Part shown: piece by piece, positions 24,991 through 38,300 of the stretch
Layout of the letters: each line of letters begins with the position of its first letter
Numbering within the stretch: position 1 is the stretch's first letter
NCBI GenBank assembly: GCA_016748015.1
Contig: JAAOMT010000328.1
Location: 512,955-576,954 of the forward strand
From: Geosiphon pyriformis uo1
Taxonomy: Eukaryota; Fungi; Glomeromycota
DNA: 64,000 nucleotides
Reading direction: 5' to 3'
Translations under genes and position numbers: made by a program
Notes under the pieces: model-generated
Database searches by the model: none
What the model was told of the DNA's origin: nothing
What the model saw: only the letters and a program-made list of their open reading frames with translations

Positions 24991-27900
24991 TTTTTTTTTT
25001 TTTTTATGTTTATTGAGTGAAATCCAAACGCAACTTAAAACTATACATCATATAAATGATTTAAACTAGGTGCAAATCATACTTTTTCTACATGTGACTA
25101 GCCATTCAGGCCAATTAGAATGACACTATTCACCTATATACACAGAGACCACATTACTGATACCTAAGAGAAACTGACGAAACTTATGCAACTCAAAACT
25201 AATACCATATGCATTAATAATACCCAGTAACCTAACTACACCAGCCAAAAGCATCGAAAGAAGACCAGAGATCAAGATGAGAATGAAGCCATCACGTGGA
25301 ATCAGCCCATTCTTTTCCATAAAAGCCCAATGTTTGGCCCAAACCAGCCAAAAGCCTTCTCGGAAAGCAATACACAATTTACGTACAAAATTCACTATAT
25401 TTAAACTCACAACTTTGGGATCCTTAAAGACAGAAACTGACTCATCAAACCACCTACTGAATACAAAGTCCTTACACAGAGCAGCACAAGTATCCATATT
25501 AACAGCACAATCAAATAGTAATTGAGACACACATAAAGAAAAATGAGATAACCCAGAGCACATCTCCCAAGCAGAAGCATGAGTATCTATTAACCGAACA
25601 CAATCAGCAGCATCAAACAGGCAAAAAAAGACATGATCTGAGACTTCAACATCTCCATAGAACAAACACACCATACTGGGATAAAGTCTACTATAAAGAT
25701 GTTTACACACAGCAACCAGAAGCTGATGATGTAAAGCTTTCATGAAATAAGAGTGAAGACCAGCAGTCTACACACTAGTAAAGCCAGCAGCCAAGTGGAA
25801 ATCTAAATGCCAAACCAACAACAACCTGGGCCAATTAATATCAGCATACAAACTGGCTGCCATAACACAGAAACCAGAACCAACTTCCCAACATGCATGA
25901 TGAATAGAATGGAAAACGTCATGAACAAAATGTCTAGAATTACCAGAAATCGCAATATCACCGGCCTTCAAAAATTGTTCACTAATCAAATGAGGCAAGT
26001 GCCAACCAGATGAAGCTGCAGCCTTAGCAAACATATTGGCACATTCGTTACCCAAGACACCAGAGTGACCTCTAACTTTAACCCAATTAATCCACAAATT
26101 TTTCCAACAAATGACATTCACTATATGGTGACATTCAATCCAACAATGATTTTTGAAGTCAGGACCAAGCAACAAAAACTCAGATCTATATGCATCCAAA
26201 GCTGTCTGGCTGTCCAAAAACAGATCAATCAAATGAAAAGATGGAACACACTCTAGAGCCAAAGCAATTGCCTGCAATTCTGCCATCATAGAAGACACCA
26301 AGCCAGATACCTCAACACCCAAACCCAAATTCACATCTTCAAAATAAGCAGCAGCATCAGCCTTCATATCAACAGTCCCCAAGCCACTCAGAACCATCTG
26401 TAAACACAGAAAGACAAGTAGTGTCAACATGCAACAAACTATCACTAATGACACCAAACTCATAAGATTGCAAAATACCAGAAGAAGTACAAATGGTCCT
26501 AAGTGGCGAGTCATCAAGAAAAGGCACTACGCCATCTAAAAAACAAGCAGAAGCCTCAAACCAAGCAGGAACTGGGCTGCGAGGGTCCAATTGCTTCCAC
26601 CTTTTGAAGGTTTTCCAATTAAAATTAACACCATTCCAGTCACGTAGCTGCTTCACAAAAGCAATACCATAATGGCGGAAGATAGAAACACACTTATGGA
26701 AACGAGGTTCACCAAGAACAAGGGACATAAGCGTGCTACCACGAAAATAAAAGACACTTGCCAAAGAGTTGCTCAGGGACAAATTACAACCATTAAAAAC
26801 ACAGACAACACCTGCCAAAAAATTGTTTGAAAAACTGACCCCAATATGGACCAGAAACTACAAAGAGTGGAGAGGATGCCAACTAAGAACCTGGAGATCA
26901 TAAGATCTGTGAGAGAACAAATGGTCTAGAATACCAACAGAATTCGCAAAAAAAATAATAGAAGCTGACTTGCTTTCTGCTTGAACCTATTCAAAAGTTT
27001 TTAAACCATACAAAGAGAGATGATGAAGTATATTACTGGAGAAATTGAGTGAAAGGCCAGACTTAGACTTCAATCCCTTGCAAATTAAAGCATCCTACTT
27101 ATTACACACACTAAAAGAAATGAAGCTGAACTGCATTCTGTAACAAATAATTGGAAAAAAGACAGCAGACACCAAATACGCAAACTGCTTATTTGATATT
27201 GTCTTCTATAGAACAAGATTCACAAAAAACCACACATTCGAATAAGCTTTGACCAAGCTAGACTTTAACAAGCCTTTGGTCAACAAAAAAATACCCAGAT
27301 AACAATGAGATTCCCTCTTTTTGGCAATAGAAATAGATAACTCACTAATAGTCAGATAAGAGTTTGTAATCTGACAATTAATAAAGATAGCCACCATCTT
27401 GTCATTGTTTACAGCAATATCATTAAACCTAAAAAATTCACTAGCTACATCAAGAATGTGTTGTGTAGCAGCCTGGCTGCTACCAACCCAAATAGTGTTA
27501 TCAACAAAAGCCCCAGCAGCAAAAAATGAAGTCAATCCAGCCTGAGGGTCCACTTAGCCAGTTTTGGAAATGAAATAAGAGTTCAATCTATAGCCACATA
27601 CACTCTCCTGTCTCTTGACCTCACACAAAAGCAAATCATAGAAAATGCACCACAGAAGGGATGAGAAAACTTTGCTTTGGTCCAACTCATCATGAACATG
27701 ATACCCATCAGTTAAACCAAAATTTGTCATTATCCTGTTAACATGACCATTGTGAATACCACCAAAAAAATCTAATGAACCTGTTATACATCTTAATCCT
27801 GATCAGACTTCTTCTGAGATGTTCCCAACCAACTGAGTTATAAGCCTTATGCATGTTCTGTAAAACCAGCCAAAGTTCTTTGTTCTTCTCCAGGGCATCC

Positions 27901-30900
27901 TCAACAACAGCACCAACAGCGAAAATGAAGACTGAGTTGTTATACCTTTTAAAACTGAAAAATTGTCTCTATGAAGAACATCAAAGATACTACAAGCTAA
28001 AGAAATTCTATCAGAGAGGACTTTGGAAAGAATCTTGTGGGCCGTTTCTATTAGAGCAATAGGATGTGTATTTGTAAGAACCCCTTCCCACTCATATGGT
28101 TTGGGAATCATAGACATCCAAGCCTCTCTCCAAGGTCCAGAAACCAATTCACTGACCAAGCAAGCATTCAAGAGCACCAAAAGCATGTCCAAGACCGACT
28201 TATTGCAGTGCTTCCACAATTTGTTAGAAATGCCAGACAGGCTCACAGCTTTCCCATCAGGAAGATCCATAACAATAGCAAACATCTCATTAAAATTAAT
28301 CGAACACATGACACCAGAAAAGGCACCATCAAACACATAATCCAAAGGCTGGTACTGGTGAGCCCATTTATCAGAAATATCTGAAACCACCTCATGTTTT
28401 CTGGTCCACCTCTCCATAATTACATCCACTCCAGATTTAACCAAACCAGACTCCAAAATTAACTCATCATCTATGACCAGATGATCTAAAACCACCTTGT
28501 GAAAAGAGCACTCCAACACACTCCTGATTGTGTAACTTTTGTCCAACTCAAAACTTTCCATCCTCTTACTAATAACCAGCTTAATACAAGAATCCTCAGC
28601 ACGCTTGGATTCCAACAACTTGGAAGCGTGATATGTTTTTTTTGCCTTGGCTAACGCCGAACAGATAACATTGAAACCAGAACTCCCAAGAAAGAGAGAC
28701 TTAACTATTGAAGCACCAGTGACATCAAGCCTGTTCCACACCTCCAACAAAGAAGCAAAATCATCACTAGAAACCAAATGTGAAGCTTTGACCAACTTGG
28801 AAACCAGCATTTCCAACTTATGAGACCTAGACAATTCCTTGGTAAAAACAACATCAAAATCCTTGAACCAACTTTTCATGAATGTTGTTACTGGAGGTTT
28901 TTGGTCTCTTTTCTTCAATGTTGTTGATGCCTGTTTACTGTGAATTCACATTTTCTGGATGTGGTTGAACCTCCAGTAACTGAATTTATCTTCAAATTAT
29001 TTCCTATAATTTGAACTGCTGGGCTTATAAATAGAATGGCCAATTCCATGCCAGTTACTTTGTATAGTTACATTGTAGTAAACATCAACTCTTTCCCAGA
29101 AATTGCTTGTCTGGAAGCTCATTAAAAATGTGTAGTTACTTTGCTGTAAAAGTCAACTCTTCTACAGGAATTCTCGTCTGTAGACTACCCAAATAATTTA
29201 TAATAAAAAAAAAAAGAGAATAAAAAAAATATAAAAGAAAAAGTAAGACTGATAATTTATGGAAGTCATTTCGAATCCAGGCCTGGAAGTGCTTTAACAG
29301 TCTACTGAAATTGGTAGCTAATCAATTTTAACTGTTAGTAGGGTTTGGTTAATTTCAAGGGAAATAATTAAGGATTTGATTTTTTGAATTATTTGATATT
29401 TATTTTGTTTTTGTATGTAAAGAATGATTTTAATTATTAAATCTGAAGTAAGATACATTTTCTCAAAGAAAGAAGCTCTTCTTTTATACAACTTGTCGTA
29501 ACACTATTTTATGAACTTGAACTTAGCTATTTTCTATAATTTCGCTGAACTAAAGATACATTTCGGCAAACTACAAGTTATTTCTACAAACTATTAGATA
29601 TTTCGGTGAACTATCAATTATTTCAGCAAATTTCTTACAAATTTTGGCAAACTTTTTGAATGTTACATAGTTCGGGGTATTGCATGATTGATTATTGCAA
29701 TTAGATTACATTTGTGTTATGTACAAATTGGGTTATTAATTAAATAATAATTTTGGATATTTTGCTAATATAATACATGATAATTTGAAATGATAATATA
29801 TGCTAATTAATAATAAGATTTATAAGGGTAATTTCATGCTAAACAATATCTCTAATTTCATCTGGTAACAATGTACCCTCTGCTGAGAGAACCATAATCT
29901 TATGAACAATGTCCCACATAGCATCCAGATCTGAAAACCTTACAGCAACACCAAACACATCCAAAATCATAGAAGCATTGGCAGCCATGGCATTCCTGAA
30001 TCCCAACTATTTTGCTTCATTGGTATTTTTGATGTTAAATTTCTACCAGTCTCGATTTGCTTGCTTGCGAATAGAACACAACTGATTATTCAAAAGTCCA
30101 CCCAGGCCTATAGATACTGACACAGCCTTATGGTCTGTATCAAAAAATTTACCAACATCCAAAACACCACAATGAACCAATGCACCAACCAGATTCGGAA
30201 AAACAAACACATAATCAATAATCTTCATAATGTCACTAGAATTTGCCCACATGGGCATCTTAGCCACCGGACACCCAGCCAGAGAATTAACCAACCCTAA
30301 ATCCATGCACTTCTTAAAACTTGTGCATTTCCTAGACCCATCTTCATTAAAATCACCACAGAAGACAACAAAAGAAGACTTATTAACAGCCTTTGCAATG
30401 AGTGAATTGATTTTCCCAGCCTGAGAAAATCAAACTGCCAATAAAACACCAGCATATAGCCCCAAAATAGACACTGAAAGTTTATTTTTAAAAAGCAATT
30501 TAATGAAAAGGAGCCAACCAGACTTTGCACACATGCCTTGCCAAAGAAGAATTCATGACGATCACAACACCAGCACCCAGATGACCAAAATCCAGACCAG
30601 TAGTAAACACCCAAACACTATCAAATTTGTTGGTTAACCAAGGGCAAACCTTTCTTTTAAGTTTTGACTCAGTAAAAATAGAAATAAGATTGTCCATGTT
30701 CTTGTGCCAGTGAATGACATCATTCTGTTTAGTAGAATTGTTCATTCTCCTAATATTACAAGTAGCAATCTTCCAGATAAGATCACTTATTAAGAAAGAT
30801 ATTGTGAGTGCACACCACCGGCCAAAACCAAACTGTCAAAATAAGCAGACAGACTCAGCACTGAAGCAGCAAGGCCCTCCAACATATTTTCTAATTTGAC

Positions 30901-32835
30901 AACATGGAAGGATGCAGATGAGTCCTTGATGGTAGCAGAAACAGTAACAGTTTTATCACTGGTAGACTCACCCAAACTCACACCCATCACTATATTCTCC
31001 TCTCAATTCTGTAATGGGGGGTTACTGGCAGCTGACATTCAGGGCTAGGCTGGGCAACTGCTGGCATAAGTGACTCCAATCTCTTAGCCAACTCACCAAT
31101 TTGTTCTGTGAGGCTGATGAAACTGCTCTCAATATTCACCAAACATTTTTCCAAATCACTTGCAACAGGAGGGAGAGGTTTACCAACTTTGTTGGAACCA
31201 AGAAGCAAACCAGCACCATGCAAACTGTGCACCGGAGGAGCACCAACCACTGATGCCCAAGTTTTGCTACCAAAAGAGACTGGACAAGTAATAAGTGCCT
31301 GCTTTTTCTTATAAATACTGGCCAAATAAACACAATCCAAATCAGTTACCACCTTTTTTCCATGGCCACCAAAATTTCTACCCACTAAATACTCTCCACT
31401 GGTGTGATCATACTGTTTACATGTAGCACAGTAAGCCAGAGAAAGACCAGCCCAGCGCAAGCTCACCTCCTTAAAAACTGGAACCAAACCAAAAGTGGCC
31501 AATTTAGAAGTCTTATTCTTAAAACAAATAATAGCGCATCTGTTACACACATACAAGCCAGAATTACAGCCAATGAAACACGTTTTCCCACCATAAGACT
31601 CCAACAAGTCTGCCAAATCATAAGCAGTCATACCAATTGGAAGAGTGTAGAGCAAAGCCCAATGATAGTCTTTTAACACCCATGTCTGTTTGTCACCAAC
31701 AGCCAAAGCTACTTGCACAGAATTTTTTTCCACAAGAACAGACCATTTAAAAGCAACCAAACAGGCAACCTCAGCCAACTCAAATTTGATAATGGCTTTT
31801 TATCACAAACTGATCAACTGCATCCTAATAAAAATAATCACACCAAACTTAGAAAACACTGTCTTAATTACTGATTTTGGAAGATCTATAGAAATTTCCT
31901 TGACTATTACTACTCAATCCGAATGGATGTTTACTCTCCTTAGATCATCATTAACCAAAATATTTTTATTGATTGCTAATTCCTTCGCCTTATTCAGGCT
32001 CATCTCAGAAGTAAAGGAGGATCTGATGATCCCAGAAAATTTTGAGAGAATAGAGGCTCCCCCAAAACCATCCACTTGATAAAAAATTTTTTTCACATAA
32101 ATCAACTTATCACTAACAGTTTTCCCAGAAACAGCAGAAAGTTCAATATCCAATGCAAAAAATTTCACCAAAATAAAACTCCGAATCTCCCGATCATATG
32201 ACACAACTGGCAGCAACTGAATAGATCCATTGAACGTGCAAAGAGGGAGCTCTAAAATGTTGTCAGCACCACCTATATTAATGAAAGAAGGCTGCTTAGA
32301 CAGGTGTTCAAATATATATGTTTTCATTCTCAAATTCTTTGGTGTAGCATTATTCATTAGTTCATCATCTCCAGAAGTATCAGAATTGACGTAGCTCATT
32401 TCTTCCACAATTGTGTTCTTCATGTTCTCAATGTCAGAAGTTCCGCCAACACTTGATTCCTCGCTGTCCATTTTGCTACTCCAAGATTTCTTTCGGTTAT
32501 CAACACTACCATGTAGTATATTCACGGCCAGAGAGCCAGCCAACAAATTTACAACAACACCAGAATCATTAGGTTTTTTCACTTTTTTGTAAGATGGACT
32601 ATGAGCATAAACATTCTTAATACATGTCTTCTTTTTAGTGCCAGACTGGGTCCTCACACCAGCCAAACCAGATGCTAAACCACCAGCAGAAGAGCCTATT
32701 GGATTCATTGTCACGAACAGAAGTGTGTGTAAAGAAATAACTAAAGGGAACAAAAAGGAATATGGGAAAAAAAAGATATTTCTTTGACTACTCTATGCTC
32801 TCGTTATGTTCAGGGGATTAACAAAAAAAAGAGTT
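24991..32835 (-). mobile_element. Full-length degenerate LINE L2 (ORF1 ~32708-30787; ORF2 30790-25126), interrupted by a solo LTR
   Basis: IDYVF endonuclease, PKPYEW..PIALIET, AFVDNT, FTDGS...KVRGHSGVLGNECAN RNase H; poly-A tail at 24991-25005. Confidence 0.93.
28886..29870 (-). mobile_element. Solo LTR, family E (985 bp), with 4-bp TSD ATGT, inside L2 ORF2
   Basis: TGTTAC...GTAACA ends; ATGT at 28882-28885 and 29871-29874; removing it restores the frame SAEGTFMKSWF; second copy at 63184-64000. Strand inferred from the position of the repeat array. Confidence 0.9.
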
Positions 32836-32949
32836 TTTTTTTATTATATTATTGTTTATTTGTAATTTGTAATATAATATAATTAATGTTTTTTTATAAT
32901 TTTTTATTTATAATAATTTGTTAATATTTTTTTTTATAATGTATTTTAT

Positions 32950-34550
32950 ATATTAACTGTTTTTTATTTGGTATTTTTAGTTTTTTTTGTAATAATATTA
33001 AGTTTTATAATTAAATATAAATATTAAATAGATTATTAAGATATTTTTTTTCTATTTTATTATTGTTTAATAAATTGTTAAGTGTTTTAATATTAAAATT
33101 TTATATTTTTATTTGTTTATTAAGTTTTTGTTAAAATAATATTGCTTTTAATGTTATTTTAAATATATTAATTACAATTATAAATAATTTATTACAGTCT
33201 AAATAAACGTTTTAATTAGTTTTTGTTTTAAATTTTTAATGGTTTTTTGTTTTATAATTATTTATATATAACTGGTGTTTTTTATTTATAGTTGGTAAAA
33301 TAACTGAATAATTGCTAAAAAGTTTTAAATAAATTGACAATAATATCTAAAAATTTTCTTAGTTGTATTAAGTTTTTGAGTTTTAAAAAGTCTTTGATTT
33401 TCTTAATTTTATTAAAATTAGTTTTAATATTATTATTTTACATTATATATTCGAAAAACTTGAGTTTTGTTTTTTTAAAAAAATATTTATTAGTATTAAG
33501 TTTTAGTTTAGTTTGTTAAAATTATTTAAATATATATTATAAATAATAAAAATATTTATTAAATATTTTTAAAAACATATTAGTGTTATTTAAGTAAACA
33601 ATTACTGGTTTTTGTAGTATTTTTAAGTACACAATTTTCATTAATTATTAAAATATTAAAATATTAATCAAGTTAAATAGTATTATATTAAATTCAAAGT
33701 TTTTTTATATAATAAATACTGTTTTTTTTATTATTTAGATTTATAATTATTTATTAATAATTTAAATTTAATAAAAAAAACTATTTTTTTATCAAACAAA
33801 TTAAAAAAATTTTAAATATATAAAATTAAATAGTTATTACTATATGTAATATTGTTAAGTTTTTTATAGTTTATATAAAATCAGATTTTTCTATTATTTT
33901 TTGAATTAATATTTAATTGATTTTTTGTCAAATAATTTTATGATTAATTTATAGTATTTAGTAAATTTTTTGTTTAATTAACATAATATTTTTAGTTTTT
34001 ATTTAATACTAAATAATATTAGTTTTTTTAATTTATTTGTAAAAACATTAATGTATTGATTAAATAATACTTTAAGCTAAATTTTTGTAATAGGTTTAAG
34101 TTTGTTAAATTTATTTTTTTTAACTATTTTAATTAGAACAAGTAATATTTTTTTAATTTAATTCAAATTTCTAATATAAAATATGTATTAATGCTTATTT
34201 TTTAATTTTTAAACTTAATAATATTTGTTAAAATTTTACTTAATTTTTAATATTAATATAGATTAAAATCTTAATGTTTTGTAATTTTTTATTAATATAT
34301 ACATATTAATAATAATAAAAATCTTATTTTAACATATTTTTAATGCAGTTTTGAAAATTTAAAATTGGTTTTTAATTTTTTAAAGTATTTTTAATAAATA
34401 ATAATAGTAAAAACAATATAATCAATAAAAATAAATTCTTTTTAATTAGCAGTTTTTTTAGCCATATTTATTAATATGTTACTTTTTCTAATATATTTAA
34501 TTTATTAACCACTTTTATTATTTTTAATTTTTTTTTGTTTTTATTATCAA
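32950..34550 (-). pseudogene. Hypermutated fossil of Gypsy pol inside an extremely AT-rich block
   Basis: Minus strand reads KNFEFNIILFNL...LMKIVYLKILQKPVIVYLNNTNMF and LKLNTNKYFFKKTKLKFFEYIM, aligning with copy B RT; boundaries approximate. Confidence 0.8.
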
Positions 34551-35364
34551 CTAAATTGTTTTAATTAAATTAAAAATATAGTCTATGTTATTTTTTTTTT
34601 GGTTTTATTTTATAATTTTTTTTTAAATTATTATATAATATAATAATAATAATATTTAATATATATTTTATTTTAATTATTTTTTCTTTTATACTAATTT
34701 TTTTTCTTACTAAACTAAATTTTAATTTTAACAAAACTTTTATTTTTAATTTTAAATTAAAATTTCCAAAATTATATAAAAATTTAGATCTTATTTTATT
34801 GTTAAAATTTTATAAAAAGCTTAATAAATATTATTTTTAAACAGTTAATACTTTATATTTAATTTAAAAAATTCTAAAAACTAAAAAATACTCTTATTAA
34901 ACTAAATTTACTTATAATAAAAATAATATTTTTTTAATTTGTAAAATCTAAATAGTTAAATACTTAATTGATTTAATTTTAAACAATAATTTATTTTTAA
35001 TATTATTACTAATTATTTTTTTAAAATTATTAAAAAAAACCAATAAATTATCAATTTAATTTATAATTAATATATAATAACAAAAAAGATTTAATATAAT
35101 TAAAACTATATTTATATATATTAATAATATTTATATTAAAAAATATTTTTAATAATAAATAATTTATGAAAAATTAAAATTTTATTTAATTATAAATTAT
35201 ATAAACTAATTATAAATTATATAAACTAATTATTAATATATAATAAATAACTTATTATAATTAAGTATTATTATTAAACAACTTTTTTAAAAACAAAACA
35301 AAGCTAAAATAAAGAACAATGAAATAAATAAAATAATAAAAAAATAATAAAAAGAATATATATA

Positions 35365-38300
35365 TTTTTTATTTTTTTATTAACAAATGCAGCCCAACCA
35401 AAGTCTAGAATAAGTTACAAAGAAAAGTAGCCAACTAAACATGGTTCACGCATTTGCTATATGTGACCAGCCACTTGAGCCAATCAAGACAACACTATGC
35501 ACTTATCAAAACACTAACCCTATTAACAGCACCAGACAAAAACAAGAACCTACTCCTAAAACCAAAACCAACATCAAGAAAATCTAGCACACCAATAAGG
35601 CGGACTGTGCCAGCTGAGAGAGGCAGAGCACTCACACCAAGAGCACTGGCCACAACAACATCATTACCAATCAAATTATTCCTCTCCATGTCAGACCTGA
35701 ATTTAGTTCTAAAGAGCCAAAGGTTAGTCTTATGACTCTCAGCCAAATGACGGACAAAATCCACCACCACAATGGCCACTTTCTTCTTGTCACCAAGAAA
35801 AGCAGTGGCCTCATCCATCCAACTCTTGAGAACAAATCTCTTGCAAAAAACTGAATACAACCCAACATCAGACACCTCCAGAAAGAGATCTTGTAGTACA
35901 AAAGATGGTGACAGTAGATTAGGACCCATCAGAGTCCTCCACAAATCACCAAAATCACCTAAAATATCAGACCGCACAGAAGCATCTTTAACACAAGTAA
36001 AACCATGATCGGGGAATTCCACATCACCACAAAACAGACAAGACACACCAGGGTAATCTTTATTATACAACCTCTTTCGAACAGCAACAGGCAACTTGAA
36101 ATGAACAGCTTTCATGAAGTACATACGAAGAGCAGCAGTGGCTCGACACATACTCCCAGAGAGCATATGAGAGTCAGAGTGCCAAACTAGAATGGTACTA
36201 TCACAATCAACAACCAGACCAAACAAACAAAACACAACCCCTTGGCTGGGACCCACCTCTCACTGAAACTTGCAAATAGAACAAAAAATGTCACATACAA
36301 AATGGCAGGCATTACTGGAAACTGGCCTGTCATCAGCAACCACATATCTACAATTAATCCTGGCAGGGAGAGAGACCCCAGAGTGCACAGCCTGTTCAGC
36401 AAGAATGTCAGCCAAAACATTACCAGCAATGCCAGCATAACCTTTGACCTTGATCCAACAAACAGTCAGATCTTTGGATTCAATCAAATTAACCACATGG
36501 TGCCTTTCTATCCAGCAACTATTGCGACAATCCGGCTGTAACAGACCTGATTCAGCCACACATGCATCAATAGCCACTTGACTATCCGTGTGCAAAGCCA
36601 CTGAAACAGAGGCAGGAATGCACTTCAGAGCCAGGGCAACAGCCTGTAATTCAGCCAGGGTTGAAGACAGCACACCATGTACCTCCACTTTTAAACCTTT
36701 GTTCAAGCCAGGAAAATAAACGGCAGCATCACACGCCACCTGAAACATACCCAAACTTCTAAGAGAACCATCAGTATAAACATCAATCTCATCAGCCCAC
36801 AATCCATGAATCTCCTCATGAATGTTGGCAAAAGATGCCAAATCCAAAACACTAGCACAGACAGAAGCTAAACTCACAGAAGAGAGAGCATGCAAACAAT
36901 TACTCAAGTAAGCAGAGGCCTTCAAAAACCATAAAGACATGAGGCCTCTAGAACCAAGTCTTTTCCATTAGTGAAATATATGTCAATTAACAATAGAACC
37001 ATTTTTGTCCAGAAGTTGGTCACCATACACCACACCAGCAATTTTCAAGGAGCAAACCACATTGAAATACAAAGGATCACCCAATACTAATGACATTGGG
37101 AAATGGCCAGGAGAGCGAAAGGCACAGGGAAGCCTGTTATCCAAAGACAGCTTGTTGTCAAAAAATATATGAACCACACCCACTAGAAAATTGTTTGAAG
37201 TGTTTACTCTTAGCTTAACAGGATATTGCAGAGGATTCAACAGAGCCTAGCACTAAACCTGCAAATCCAAAATTTGATGTTCGAACAGTCGGCCAAGAAT
37301 TCCAGAAGAATTCGCAAACTGCACAATGGAAGCTGTTTTGCATTCAGCTTGCAACTGTTTAAAAGATTTCAGCCCATAAAGAGAGGGGTGGTGCAATGCC
37401 TCATTGGAAAAGTCTCTTAGCAAATTGGCTTTCGACCTAAGACCCCTTCTAATTAGAACGTCCCATTTTAGACAAACAGCTTTGGAAACAAAACTAAACT
37501 GTGTCCAATAACTGACTATGGACTGCAAAACAGCTGAAACCAAATAAGAGAATTGTTTATCAGAGACAGCCTTCCAGAGAACCATATTTGAGAAAAACTT
37601 AATATCTGAATTGGCTTTGGCAAGGCTCAGCTTAGACAAACCATTGGTGAACAAAAAAATACCCAAATATCGATAACTCACACCAGGATTGACAACAGCA
37701 ATAGTCTGGCCATTGATGGATAAAACAGGAACTCCCACTCTTTTGTTGATGGGAATGGCAACTGTCTTTTTGTTATTTATGTTAATGTTATTGATAAGAA
37801 AAAACTTGCTGGCCATATTAAAAATGTGCTGCGTAGAGGCTTGCCCATTTCCCACCCAAATAGTGTCATTGACAAAGGCACCAGCCATAAAAAAAAAAGT
37901 CATACCCTCATTAGTCTCAATTTTTCCAGTCTTTAACACAAAGTTCGAATTGATCCAATAACCACACAAATAATCTTGTCTTGCAACTTCACATAACAAA
38001 GGGTCATAAAAAATTCTCCATAGAAGAGGTGAGAAAACTTCACCCTGATCCAAATCATCAAAAACTTTGTATCTATCAGAAAGGCCAAAATCTGTCATGA
38101 CTCTGTTGAAGCGACTGTTGTAAATGTTGCCAAAAAACTTGATAAACTTGTTACACATTTTGATACGGCGTAAACTAGCTTCTAAATAAGGCCAACCAAC
38201 AGAGTCATACGCTTTGTGCATGTCTTGAAGAACTAGCCAAAGTTCGCGGCCTTTTTCCAAAGCATCCTCCACAATTGAACCCACAGCTAAAATTGGTGAC

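Noticed and set aside
27803-28918. 371-aa ORF as a novel gene
   Set aside because: It is a chimera: 11 codons of solo LTR E fused to a broken LINE ORF2 fragment, with a TTG start.
35462-35490. tRNA/SINE A-box-like TGGCTCAAGTGG
   Set aside because: No B box or cloverleaf; better explained as the LINE 3' stem-loop.
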